Part shown: in pieces, positions 47,152 to 56,494 of the stretch
How the letters are laid out: each line of letters starts with the position of its first letter
Numbering within the stretch: the stretch's first letter is position 1
Assembly (NCBI GenBank): GCA_013289085.1
Contig: JABDAR010000001.1
Coordinates: forward strand, 115,864-179,863
Length of the DNA stretch: 64,000 bases
Reading direction: 5' to 3'
Source: Gammaproteobacteria bacterium
Lineage (GTDB): Bacteria; Pseudomonadota; Gammaproteobacteria; JABCZS01
Translations under genes and position numbers: made by a program
Notes under the pieces: model-generated
What the model saw: only the letters and a program-made list of their open reading frames with translations
Told to the model about the DNA's origin: nothing
Databases searched by the model: none

Positions 47152-47810
47152 TATACTATCCGATCAATCATGTATCCTACACCACGGATGGTTTGAATTA
47201 AGTCTTCGCCCAATTTTTTACGCAAATTATGGACATGTACTTCAACTGCATTACTGTCAATTTCTGTATCCCAACCGTATAAAGATTGTGATAATTGCTC
47301 GCGCGATAATACGCGGCCGGCATTTTCCAATAATTTATACAATAAGGTAAATTCACGTGGCGAAATATTAATACGTTTACTGTCCAAGAACACAGAATGT
47401 GAAGCGGGATCAAGCGTGATCTTGCCATAATGAATTAATGGTTCAGCACGTCCTGCTGCACGGCGTTGTAGTGCGCGTAGACGGGCATAGAGTTCTTTTA
47501 AATCAAAGGGTTTGGCGACATAATCGTCTGCACCGGCATCAAGGCCTAAGACTTTATCATCCAAACTTTCACGAGCGGTTAATATAATCACAGGGGTGGC
47601 TACACCTTTCATACGGATACTTTTTAAGACTTCTAAACCAGAGCGTTTGGGTAGGCCTAAATCTAGGATGACGGCATCGAAAGTTTCGGTTAAAAGGGCT
47701 AATTCAGCGACATGGCCGTCTTTCAACCAGTCAACTGTATATCCTTGTTGAGTCATGCCATTTTTAATGCCATCACCTAGTAATTCGTCGTCTTCAACTA
47801 ATAAGATTCT
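47151..47810 (-). CDS. OmpR-family response regulator (QseB/PmrA-like)
   Basis: REC domain (MRILLVEDD...DLGLP...KPF) plus a winged-helix output domain. Overlaps the kinase gene by 1 nt. Confidence 0.85.
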   Translation of the reverse strand, partial: RILLVEDDELLGDGIKNGMTQQGYTVDWLKDGHVAELALLTETFDAVILDLGLPKRSGLEVLKSIRMKGVATPVIILTARESLDDKVLGLDAGADDYVAKPFDLKELYARLRALQRRAAGRAEPLIHYGKITLDPASHSVFLDSKRINISPREFTLLYKLLENAGRVLSREQLSQSLYGWDTEIDSNAVEVHVHNLRKKLGEDLIQTIRGVGYMIDRIV

Positions 47811-48026
47811 CATAATCAATGTGCTCTCTATGTGATTGTTTATAATATAATTTACTTTGTCAATGGTCAATCTCTCAAAGTAACTTGAGACATCAGCCTA
47901 AGTTACTGGGTTAACCTTAGCAGGAATCATAAGAAATTGCAAAGACTTTCTTAAGAATAATTAAAAAGCTTGTGTTAAGTTAGGTTGATGATATAATGTA
48001 GGTCTTTATTAAATAAGGAGCATAAT

Positions 48027-48515
48027 ATGCCGCAAAAAGTAATGGTAAGAAAACAAGATGTAGATGCTTGCAAATGTAAATTAATGGCTTGTATCTGTAT
48101 GGGATCAGGTTGTGGATTGTGTATTGGTGCAGCAGTTTTATCAGAACCCTGCCCATTAGCATTACTGGGAACCATTTTGTTCGTAGTGGGCGCATGTCAA
48201 AAAGTAGAAGAGACTAATGAGTTTATTGAGGTCACCACATTTACGCCAGAAGAATGGGCATCCTGTAAAGATAGTGTGACACGTGCATGTTTCTTAGGAG
48301 GAGGCTTGGGACTTTGTATTACGGGCGCTTTTGTAGAATCTTGCGCAGGTCCTCTCGCAGTATTTGGGACTGCTTTATGTTGCGCTGCACTTTGTTTAGA
48401 AAACAAGAAGAAGCCTGAAGTTAATAATACTATTGATAGTCAACATTCAATTAATTCTGGGAGGATGAGATCTAGCTATAATACTTTTGACCCTCAACCT
48501 CCTATGATGAGATAA
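48027..48515 (+). CDS. Hypothetical Cys/Gly-rich membrane protein
   Basis: Perfect AAGGAG RBS 6 nt upstream and a TATAAT -10 element at 47992-47997. Two Cys-rich TM hairpins. Confidence 0.45.
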   Translation: MPQKVMVRKQDVDACKCKLMACICMGSGCGLCIGAAVLSEPCPLALLGTILFVVGACQKVEETNEFIEVTTFTPEEWASCKDSVTRACFLGGGLGLCITGAFVESCAGPLAVFGTALCCAALCLENKKKPEVNNTIDSQHSINSGRMRSSYNTFDPQPPMMR

Positions 48516-48521
48516 AGAAAT

Positions 48522-48581
48522 GGGGTCAGGCTTGACATTTGATTATTTTGTTTCAAAATGTCAAATGTCAAGCCTGACCCC
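48522..48581. terminator. Long inverted repeat (21-bp perfect arms, about 29-bp extended) between convergent genes
   Basis: ggggtcaggcttgacatttga...tcaaatgtcaagcctgacccc. Lies 7 bp after the stop of the 48027 gene and 8 bp before the nrdB stop. Confidence 0.55.
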
Positions 48582-48589
48582 ATAGCCGA

Positions 48590-49687
48590 TTAATCATCCC
48601 AGGATAATGATCCACCGGTTTGATATTCAGTGACTCTCGTTTCGAAGAAATTTTTCTCTTTTTTCAAATCAATCATTTCACTCATCCATGGGAATGGATT
48701 GGTGGCGCCTTTGTATTGTTCGGGTAAACCGATTTGTAGTAGGCGACGGTTGGCGATGAATTCTAGATATTCTCTGAACATATTGGCATTCAGCCCTAAA
48801 ATACCGCGGGGCATGGTATCTATCGCATATTGATATTCTAATTCTACGCCTTGTTTCACAATATCAATCGCTTCTTGTTGGAATTCAGGTGTCCATACAT
48901 GTGGATTTTCAATTTTGATTTGATTAATGACATCAATACCAAAATTTAAATGCATGGATTCATCACGCAGAATATATTGGAATTGTTCACTCGTGCCGAT
49001 CATTTTATTACGACGGCCCATGGAGAGTACTTGCACAAATCCTACATAGAAAAATATCCCTTCAAATACCACATAAAACGCAATTAAATCACGTAATAAA
49101 CGTTGATCATTTTCAGGTGTACCGGTATGGAAATTAGGGTCTGCCAAACTTTCTGTATAAGGCATGGCCCAAGCGGCTTTTGCAGCAACTGATGGTACTT
49201 CACGGTACATATTAAATGCACGCGCTTGATCGATACCCAAACTTTCAATGACATATTGATAAGCATGCGTATGAACGGCTTCTTCAAATGCTTGACGCAA
49301 TAAATATTGGCGGCATTCTGGATTGGTAATATGACGATATACCGCTAGCACTAAATTATTAGCAACTAATGAATCTGCAGTGGAAAAAAAGCCAAGATTA
49401 CGTTCAATAATAGTGCGTTCATCTTCAGATAAACCATCCGGTGTTTTCCATAAGACCACATCAGCGGCCATATTGATTTCTTGAGGCATCCAGTGATTGG
49501 CGCAACCATCATTATATTTGCCCCAAGCCCAATCGTATTTAATTGGTTCTAATTGATTAACATCCGCGCGACAATTGATCATGCGTTTTTCATCAACTTG
49601 AATCGGCGCTGCAAACATTTGCGGCGCTTCTAGGCCTATTACAGCTTTTGGTGCAGAGGCAGTTATGGTAGCGAGTTGTTCAGACAT
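48590..49687 (-). CDS. nrdB: Ribonucleotide reductase class Ia beta subunit
   Basis: Diiron ligands and tyrosyl-radical site, NrdB fold. Confidence 0.9.
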   Translation of the reverse strand: MSEQLATITASAPKAVIGLEAPQMFAAPIQVDEKRMINCRADVNQLEPIKYDWAWGKYNDGCANHWMPQEINMAADVVLWKTPDGLSEDERTIIERNLGFFSTADSLVANNLVLAVYRHITNPECRQYLLRQAFEEAVHTHAYQYVIESLGIDQARAFNMYREVPSVAAKAAWAMPYTESLADPNFHTGTPENDQRLLRDLIAFYVVFEGIFFYVGFVQVLSMGRRNKMIGTSEQFQYILRDESMHLNFGIDVINQIKIENPHVWTPEFQQEAIDIVKQGVELEYQYAIDTMPRGILGLNANMFREYLEFIANRRLLQIGLPEQYKGATNPFPWMSEMIDLKKEKNFFETRVTEYQTGGSLSWDD

Positions 49688-49709
49688 TTTATTATTCCTT
49701 TAATTTATA

Positions 49710-52565
49710 TTATTGACATGCTTCACAATCTGGATCAGTAATTAAGCATGCTTTAGGCTCAGTTTGTGTACTTTGCACTGCATTCAAAACACCTAGAGCA
49801 ACGGTAGATTTTTCACTATCGGTTGCGCCCAAACTGCGTAAATAATACGTGGTTTTAAGACCTAAACGCCATGCTAATTTATAAAGCTCATCCATTTTTT
49901 TACCAGAAGGTTGACCCATGTATAGATTAAGTGATTGTGCTTGATCGATCCATTTTTGTCTGCGAGAAGCGGCTTTAATGAGCCATGTGGCATCAATTTC
50001 AAAAGCGGTTGCATACAATTGTTTTAATTCATTCGGAATTCTGTCAATTTTTTGAATACTACCGTTAAAATATTTCAAATCATTGACCATCACATCATCC
50101 CATAAATTGCAGGCTTTTAAATCGCGCACTAAATAAGGATTGATCACCGTAAATTCACCGGATAAATTCGATTTTACAAATAAATTTTGGAAGGTAGGTT
50201 CGATAGATTGTGCCACACCGCAAATATTAGAAATCGTCGCAGTCGGTGCAATCGCCATCGTATTAGAATTACGCATACCCACTTTTTTCACACGTTGGCG
50301 CAATGTATTCCAATCCATGGTTGAGCGTGTATCTTGATCTAAAAATTCACCGCGAGATTGTTTTAAAATTTGAATTGAATCGATAGGGAGTATACCTTTG
50401 CTCCATAAAGATCCTTCAAAAGTTTCGTACGCGCCACGTTCAGCAGCTAAATCAACGGATGCGTCAATCGCATAATAACTAATCGCTTCCATCGTCGTAT
50501 CAGCAAATTGTACGGCTTCTTCAGAAGTATAAGCTACGCGTAATTGATGCAAAGCATCTTGGAAACCCATAGTGCCTAAACCCACTGGACGATGACGTAA
50601 GTTAGAACGACGCGCTTGTGGTACAGAATAAAAGTTAATGTCGATTACATTATCCAACATGCGCATGGCAGTACGTACAGTTTTTTGTAATTTAACATGA
50701 TCTAATTTGCCATCATCGGTTAAATGTTGGACCAAATTCACGCTACCTAAATTACAGACGGCAATTTCATCCGCAGAAGTATTCAGGGTAATTTCTGTAC
50801 ATAAATTAGAACTGTGAACCACGCCCACATGTTGTTGTGGCGAGCGTAAGTTACAAGGATCTTTAAATGTGATCCATGGATGTCCTGTTTCAAATAACAT
50901 GCCTAACATTTTACGCCACAGTTTTACCGCAGGAATTTGCTTGCTGAATATTTTACCCATTTGCGCTTGTGCTTCGTAATGCGCATAACGTTCGTCAAAA
51001 GCGCTGCCGTATAAATCATGTAAATCAGGCGCTTCATCAGGAGAAAAAAGTGTCCAAGGTTTATCTTCGAGTACGCGTTTCATGAATAAATCAGGAATCC
51101 AATTGGCAGTATTCATATCATGGGTACGACGACGTTCATCCCCAGTATTTTTTCTAAGATCAAGAAATTCTTCAATGTCCATATGCCAAGTTTCAAGGTA
51201 AGCACACACAGCACCTTTACGTTTTCCGCCTTGATTAACAGCAACTGCAGTGTCATTAGCGACTTTCAAGAAGGGTACGACACCTTGTGATTTACCATTA
51301 GTGCCTTTGATATGGGCATGCATGGCGCGCACGGGTGTCCAATCATTACCTAAACCACCAGCATATTTAGACAATAACGCATTATCACGAATCGCATTAT
51401 AAATCCCGGATAAATCATCAGGAATAGTGGTTAAATAACAGCTGGATAATTGTGGGCGCAGCGTGCCGGCATTAAATAATGTGGGCGTTGAGCTCATGTA
51501 ATCAAAGCTGGATAATAATTCATAAAACTCAATTGCACGTGCGTTTTTGTCTTTTTCAGCCACGGCTAAACCCATAGCGACACGCATAAAGAAGATTTGT
51601 GGCATTTCAAAACGGACGTCTTTATGATGGATAAAATAACGATCATAAAGGGTTTGTAGGCCCAAATAAGTAAATTGAAAATCACGTTCTGGTTTTAAGG
51701 CTTGTGACAATTGATATAAATCAAAGGTTCTTAATTGTGCATCAAGCAATTCAAGACTAATCCCACGTTCAATAAAATCAGGAAGGGTTTGTGCATAAAG
51801 TGTTTGCATCGTGGCAAATGATACGGTGGTATTAACGTTTAAAAATGCTAAGGCTTCTTCGTACAAATCGATCAGCAGCAAGCGTGCACAAGCGTATGAA
51901 TAATTGGGTTCTTTTTCGATTAATGTACGGGCGCTCATAATGGCGGCTTTATGAACATCCGCAACGCGAACGCCATCAAATAAATTGCGTTTGGTTTCAT
52001 CGATAATAAGTTGTGGTTCAACTTCAATTAAATCTTTGCACGCATCTTGAATGATGATATCCAGTTGTAAATGAGATAAAGGTACTTGTTGGCCATTAGC
52101 AAGCGTCACTTTGAGTTCAGTGGTACTTGCGAGTTCTTGTTCTTGGCTCGCGCGCAGGCGTTTACGTTCTTCACGATAAAGTACATATTCACGGGCTACT
52201 TTTTGTAGGCCTTCACGCATTAAGGTGAGTTCTACTTGATCTTGAATATCTTCAATATGAATCATGCCACCTGCGGGTAGGCGACGCTTAAATGTGTTCT
52301 GCATGGTTTGTGATAAACGTTCTACAGTTTCATGCACGCGCGTAGAAGCTGCGGCATTACCACCTTCAACGGCTAAAAATGCTTTAGTCATAGCAATGGC
52401 AATTTTATGGGCATCAAATGGGGTGATTTTGCCATTACGACGGATTACATGTAATTTGCCAGGTTCAGTTGCACCCACAGGTATTTGGGATCCAGCAGTA
52501 TTTAATCTGGACTTATTTAGTACTGTATCGGTGGATGTTGCTGCTATGGACATCATGTCGCTCAT
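49710..52565 (-). CDS. nrdA: Ribonucleotide reductase class Ia alpha subunit
   Basis: ATP-cone at the N-terminus, catalytic Cys residues, C-terminal CxxC. 951 aa. Confidence 0.9.
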   Translation of the reverse strand: MSDMMSIAATSTDTVLNKSRLNTAGSQIPVGATEPGKLHVIRRNGKITPFDAHKIAIAMTKAFLAVEGGNAAASTRVHETVERLSQTMQNTFKRRLPAGGMIHIEDIQDQVELTLMREGLQKVAREYVLYREERKRLRASQEQELASTTELKVTLANGQQVPLSHLQLDIIIQDACKDLIEVEPQLIIDETKRNLFDGVRVADVHKAAIMSARTLIEKEPNYSYACARLLLIDLYEEALAFLNVNTTVSFATMQTLYAQTLPDFIERGISLELLDAQLRTFDLYQLSQALKPERDFQFTYLGLQTLYDRYFIHHKDVRFEMPQIFFMRVAMGLAVAEKDKNARAIEFYELLSSFDYMSSTPTLFNAGTLRPQLSSCYLTTIPDDLSGIYNAIRDNALLSKYAGGLGNDWTPVRAMHAHIKGTNGKSQGVVPFLKVANDTAVAVNQGGKRKGAVCAYLETWHMDIEEFLDLRKNTGDERRRTHDMNTANWIPDLFMKRVLEDKPWTLFSPDEAPDLHDLYGSAFDERYAHYEAQAQMGKIFSKQIPAVKLWRKMLGMLFETGHPWITFKDPCNLRSPQQHVGVVHSSNLCTEITLNTSADEIAVCNLGSVNLVQHLTDDGKLDHVKLQKTVRTAMRMLDNVIDINFYSVPQARRSNLRHRPVGLGTMGFQDALHQLRVAYTSEEAVQFADTTMEAISYYAIDASVDLAAERGAYETFEGSLWSKGILPIDSIQILKQSRGEFLDQDTRSTMDWNTLRQRVKKVGMRNSNTMAIAPTATISNICGVAQSIEPTFQNLFVKSNLSGEFTVINPYLVRDLKACNLWDDVMVNDLKYFNGSIQKIDRIPNELKQLYATAFEIDATWLIKAASRRQKWIDQAQSLNLYMGQPSGKKMDELYKLAWRLGLKTTYYLRSLGATDSEKSTVALGVLNAVQSTQTEPKACLITDPDCEACQ

Positions 52566-52605
52566 AAACTACTCCTTGGTATTTTTTGAAACACAAATCA
52601 GGAAA

Positions 52606-52653
52606 AGCACAATATATAGGTTTTTTTTAGTCACACTACACAAGATAGCGTGT
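52606..52653 (-). promoter_or_regulatory. Two NrdR-box-like palindromes upstream of nrdA
   Basis: CACAATATATAGG, centred about 52614, and ACACAAGATAGCGTGT at 52638-52653. Centres are about 32 bp apart. Confidence 0.35.
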
Positions 52654-52692
52654 CTTGACCCCGTTGACAAGGTGATGACTCTGGGGGTTTTT

Positions 52693-52701
52693 TGTGGATA
52701 A
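52693..52701 (-). promoter_or_regulatory. DnaA box (TTATCCACA on the minus strand)
   Basis: Exact 9-mer consensus, about 130 bp upstream of the nrdA start. Confidence 0.5.
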
Positions 52702-53027
52702 TCTGTGGCTTATTTTCATAAAAACGAAAATGTTTTCAGATTCCTCAGCTTGCAGTAGGTAAGTTTGTTAAATTATCTTAGGAAAAATAAATAAAAATAT
52801 TTTTCTTGACACCAACCCTTTTTATGCATGCCTATGCACAGACTTATTCACAGCTGTTTATTTTATGACAGGAATAAAAAAATTAATAGCGATTTTTTTA
52901 AAAGACCTTAATATTTTCATAAGTTATTGAAAAATAATGTAAAAATTTATTAGTTTTTAGGCTTATTCGATATAACTTATTGTATTGTTTGAAAGTTTGA
53001 GAGATCTTGACAAGATATTCACAGAGT

Positions 53028-53036
53028 TATCCACAG
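53028..53036 (+). promoter_or_regulatory. DnaA box TTATCCACA
   Basis: Exact 9-mer consensus in the nrdA upstream region. Confidence 0.45.
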
Positions 53037-53042
53037 GAAGAA

Positions 53043-53068
53043 CCCGTCACTGTGAGAGCAGTGACGGG
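53043..53068 (-). terminator. Stem-loop (10-bp perfect stem cccgtcactg/cagtgacggg) downstream of the 53082 gene
   Basis: GC-rich hairpin followed on the minus strand by TTCTTCC. Confidence 0.45.
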
Positions 53069-53081
53069 AATATACACATGA

Positions 53082-54335
53082 TCACTCATTGGCGCTTACA
53101 GTATCACCGCATAATTGAATGGATGAATTAGGAGCACTAGTGCTGAAGGCAGCTGCGCTCCAAAGAGTGCCATTGACTTGAGCATGGCTTGTGCCCGGAC
53201 ATGTTGTGGTAATTGCAGGAATTGTAGGTGTCAACAGAAAAGTACTACCGGATAAAACTGAGCCATCAAGCTGTGCACCCGCATTGATTAGCACTTGTCC
53301 AGCACCCATTCCGACTCCACTATTTCCTTGCATAATCCAGAATACATTAGCGGCTGTAGAGAGTGGTGTACCTGTACTTTGATATTGGAATACTGTGTTT
53401 GAATCAATCTCTAAATTAGTTCCCGGGGTAACGAAAAAGTAATAATTTTGATTTCCAAATCCAGTTAATGTAATCGTACCTTGAACAAAGACTGTATCAC
53501 CACTAGCGGGACTTAAACTATAGCAACCAGGTCCTCTACTTTCGTTGTTCAGCCCATTAATAGGCATACAACCAGTCATGCCATTTAATTGAGTATAAGC
53601 TGATGCTAAATCCGATAATGCTGCTGTGTATATAGGATCTGGGCTTATAAGTTGATTATTGTAGAATGTTCCATCAGAGATAAAAGAAAATTGGAGTGGA
53701 TTAGAAGCACCACTTGAACCTATGTTACCATCGATTTGTGCTGAACCACTACCGGTATTAGCAACCACGCCAATTGTTGGCATTGGGGTACTACCGGCTA
53801 ATAAAGCAAAACTTGCACCTGAACCAATGACTGAAACTTCGGCATCTATTTCAGCCGTTAATTCTGATTGCTCACGTGTTTCCACCCCTATAAATAATTG
53901 GCGGTCAATTGTTTTTTGTAATATTTGTCCAGCTCCACCACAAGCCGGTGGGGTTACTGTCATCGTGATCGTGCATGTTGCAGATCCTGTTGTATATCCT
54001 GTGATAGAACCTGACCCTATACCAGCAGTGCTAGCCTGGATACAGTTACCCGTTCCGCCCACTACAAAAGCCGTCATGAGACCCGTAGCTGTATCGGCAG
54101 TATAAGTAATGACATGAATATTATCTAAATTAATTGTATTTGCTTCGGCGTTTACAAGAGTATACACAACAGGTCTAGCACCACTACCACAAGTAACATC
54201 CATAAAATCTGTAACAGGAGAGAAGCTAATGGGAATATCGAGCACTTCTACTTCTTGCGCTTGTGCAACTCCAGTTAATAAACTTGACAAGCAACTAAGT
54301 GCAAGTAATTTATAGTTAAATTTTTTCTTTTTCAT
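53082..54335 (-). CDS. Secreted Gly/Ser/Thr-rich protein with C-terminal DUF3494 (ice-binding-like) domain
   Basis: Signal peptide. C-terminal motifs typical of the DUF3494 beta-solenoid (SDLASAYTQLNG...NVFWIMQGNSGVGMGAGQVLINAGAQLDGSVL). Paralogous to 54428-55567. Confidence 0.55.
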   Translation of the reverse strand: MKKKKFNYKLLALSCLSSLLTGVAQAQEVEVLDIPISFSPVTDFMDVTCGSGARPVVYTLVNAEANTINLDNIHVITYTADTATGLMTAFVVGGTGNCIQASTAGIGSGSITGYTTGSATCTITMTVTPPACGGAGQILQKTIDRQLFIGVETREQSELTAEIDAEVSVIGSGASFALLAGSTPMPTIGVVANTGSGSAQIDGNIGSSGASNPLQFSFISDGTFYNNQLISPDPIYTAALSDLASAYTQLNGMTGCMPINGLNNESRGPGCYSLSPASGDTVFVQGTITLTGFGNQNYYFFVTPGTNLEIDSNTVFQYQSTGTPLSTAANVFWIMQGNSGVGMGAGQVLINAGAQLDGSVLSGSTFLLTPTIPAITTTCPGTSHAQVNGTLWSAAAFSTSAPNSSIQLCGDTVSANE

Positions 54336-54427
54336 AATTAATAATCCTCAATTCTTGTTAATATTATTCCAACTACGTTAAAAAAGTATAGATGCAGCCT
54401 AAAGTAAATCAACTACATAACAAATAT

Positions 54428-55567
54428 TTATTCAAAAATAGCCACAGAATCACCATACAAAGTAATAGCCTCTAAAGACCACAAGTGACCAATCACACTT
54501 GCAGGACTTGGGCCATTTGGTGAGGTGGTAATATTTCCGCCTGAAAGCACTGTGCCATCTAACTCAGCACCAGATTCGACTTGTATATTAGCGCCATGTC
54601 CAGTAATCCAATAAACGCGATCCTTTGTAGCACCATTTTTGTAAATAAATGTTGTTTCTGATTTTATGTGCAAATTACAAGGTGCACTTGATGATGCGGG
54701 AGAAGGGAAACAATTATTCTTGCCATCATCTACAAAGAATGCAAAAACACCATTACCTGATAAAACAATGGGACCGTCTACACTCACTTCATTAAGCCCT
54801 GAATCGCTGGTTAAGCAATAATAAGAAGCTTGTAATTCTGTAGGAGGGCTAATATCAGTATGTATACGGCAGTTTGCTTTATTCGCTATAAATTGAGTAT
54901 ACGCTGCAAGAAATCCATTATTGGCATTGATGACGTTTAGGTCGGTTGCTGATGTATATAATTGACCATTAGTAACGCTAAATGGCCCGGAAATGGGGGT
55001 ACTGCCATCGGTATGACCAATACTGCCCACCACGTTTGAAACTGAACCTTTGTTAGCTACTTCAGCACCTAATATTGCAAAAGAATCCCCTCCACCTAAT
55101 GTTGTATATTCAAAAGAAAATTTTGCAGTGGCTATTACTTGTAGTGTACTTACACCGACTTCTAAAATTCTGTCAATGACTCCGATAATTGGACCATTGG
55201 TGCAGCTCGCAGGTGTAATGATGAGATTAATATTACAGGTATTATGTGGAGGATTCCCGGACAATTTAGTATGCCCATCTAGTGGACAAGTGGTCAGACT
55301 TCCAGGCGCATCGAAAGGTTGTACAGAGACTAGAGCATCAGGAAAACTATCTTTGTTAATAATGTCCGCAGGGTAGATAAGAATAGGATTATTTTCTTCT
55401 AAATTGGTTACAGTAAATAGTGCATTGGTGGACGCGCCGCCACAATTAATATTGGCAATGTTAGAGACAAGTTTAAGCGTGACATCAGGCTCCCATGATG
55501 CGTTTGCCATTGAAGCAAAACAAAATAATAGACTGGTTAAAGTAATTTTTTTTGTGTACATGTTCAT
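54428..55567 (-). CDS. Secreted paralog with DUF3494 (ice-binding-like) C-terminal domain
   Basis: Signal peptide. Same C-terminal architecture (GFLAAYTQF...RVYWITGHGANIQVESGAELDGTVLSGGNIT). Confidence 0.55.
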   Translation of the reverse strand: MNMYTKKITLTSLLFCFASMANASWEPDVTLKLVSNIANINCGGASTNALFTVTNLEENNPILIYPADIINKDSFPDALVSVQPFDAPGSLTTCPLDGHTKLSGNPPHNTCNINLIITPASCTNGPIIGVIDRILEVGVSTLQVIATAKFSFEYTTLGGGDSFAILGAEVANKGSVSNVVGSIGHTDGSTPISGPFSVTNGQLYTSATDLNVINANNGFLAAYTQFIANKANCRIHTDISPPTELQASYYCLTSDSGLNEVSVDGPIVLSGNGVFAFFVDDGKNNCFPSPASSSAPCNLHIKSETTFIYKNGATKDRVYWITGHGANIQVESGAELDGTVLSGGNITTSPNGPSPASVIGHLWSLEAITLYGDSVAIFE

Positions 55568-55577
55568 TATTTTTCCT

Positions 55578-56399
55578 TTAAATTGTTAAGCGGACACCGA
55601 GTAATAGTGATTGAGCGTTTACATCAAGTTCTGTATCGCTGACTTCAAAGGGGAAATCGTCAGCGCCTTGAATATTTATATCGTCAAAAGCAGTGTATAA
55701 ATATTGCAGTGAAATATCTAAGTCACCTAAGACTTCATAATCTACACCCACACCAAATTCATAGGCAAAGCCGCTACTATTAGTGTCAGATAGACTAAAA
55801 CCGGGTATAGGAACGCCAGGATTAGGGATCCAATCCAAATTAGTAGTATTCCAAGCAATGCCTAATCCAGCTAAACCGTAAAAAGAAAAATCACGAATGG
55901 TTAACACATCAAAGGCGACATCAAACATCAAGCGCGTGCTACTGAAATCGGAAGAATAAGTCGCATCTTTATCATCTTCGTGACCAAAACGCAGAACATC
56001 ACCTTCCATATCGCTTTCACCAATAACGTAAACATTAATTTGTGGAGTGATAGTATCAAACCAAGCAATGCCAGATTCCATTTTAGATTCTTCGGCATCT
56101 TCACCCCAATATAAGGGCATGACATAACCGACACCGAATTGTCCGGTCCAAGTATCCCAGTCATTGCCATTGCTTTGAGTAAGGACATCTACTTCATCAG
56201 GTGCAACTTTGATACTACCATCATCTTGATTCAAGGTGGCAATACCTAAGAGTAATGACAATTGAAAGTCACCTTCAAGCAGATAGTCATAACTGCTGTC
56301 TTCATAGTCATCATCATCAGGACAGTTGCAACGTGCAAATGCATTATGAGACATAAGTAAGAGTGCTGTGCTGCTAATTAAAAAATGGTGCAAGCGCAT
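55578..56399 (-). CDS. Outer-membrane beta-barrel protein
   Basis: Signal peptide and amphipathic beta-strands. Sits 10 bp upstream of the DUF3494 paralog. Confidence 0.5.
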   Translation of the reverse strand: MRLHHFLISSTALLLMSHNAFARCNCPDDDDYEDSSYDYLLEGDFQLSLLLGIATLNQDDGSIKVAPDEVDVLTQSNGNDWDTWTGQFGVGYVMPLYWGEDAEESKMESGIAWFDTITPQINVYVIGESDMEGDVLRFGHEDDKDATYSSDFSSTRLMFDVAFDVLTIRDFSFYGLAGLGIAWNTTNLDWIPNPGVPIPGFSLSDTNSSGFAYEFGVGVDYEVLGDLDISLQYLYTAFDDINIQGADDFPFEVSDTELDVNAQSLLLGVRLTI

Positions 56400-56494
56400 A
56401 ATAGTTCCTTCTAAATGTTATCCTTGAAAATAAAGCTTTGATTAGTATAGTGGATTAAATATAATGATGCTAACACATATATGGAGCAACACAA

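Noticed and set aside
52690-53040. AT-rich 480-bp region with DnaA boxes, considered as a chromosomal origin (oriC).
   Set aside because: Only two perfect boxes are present. The flanking genes are nrdA and a secreted-protein gene rather than dnaA/dnaN/gidA. DnaA boxes are an established feature of nrdAB promoters. There is not enough evidence for an origin.
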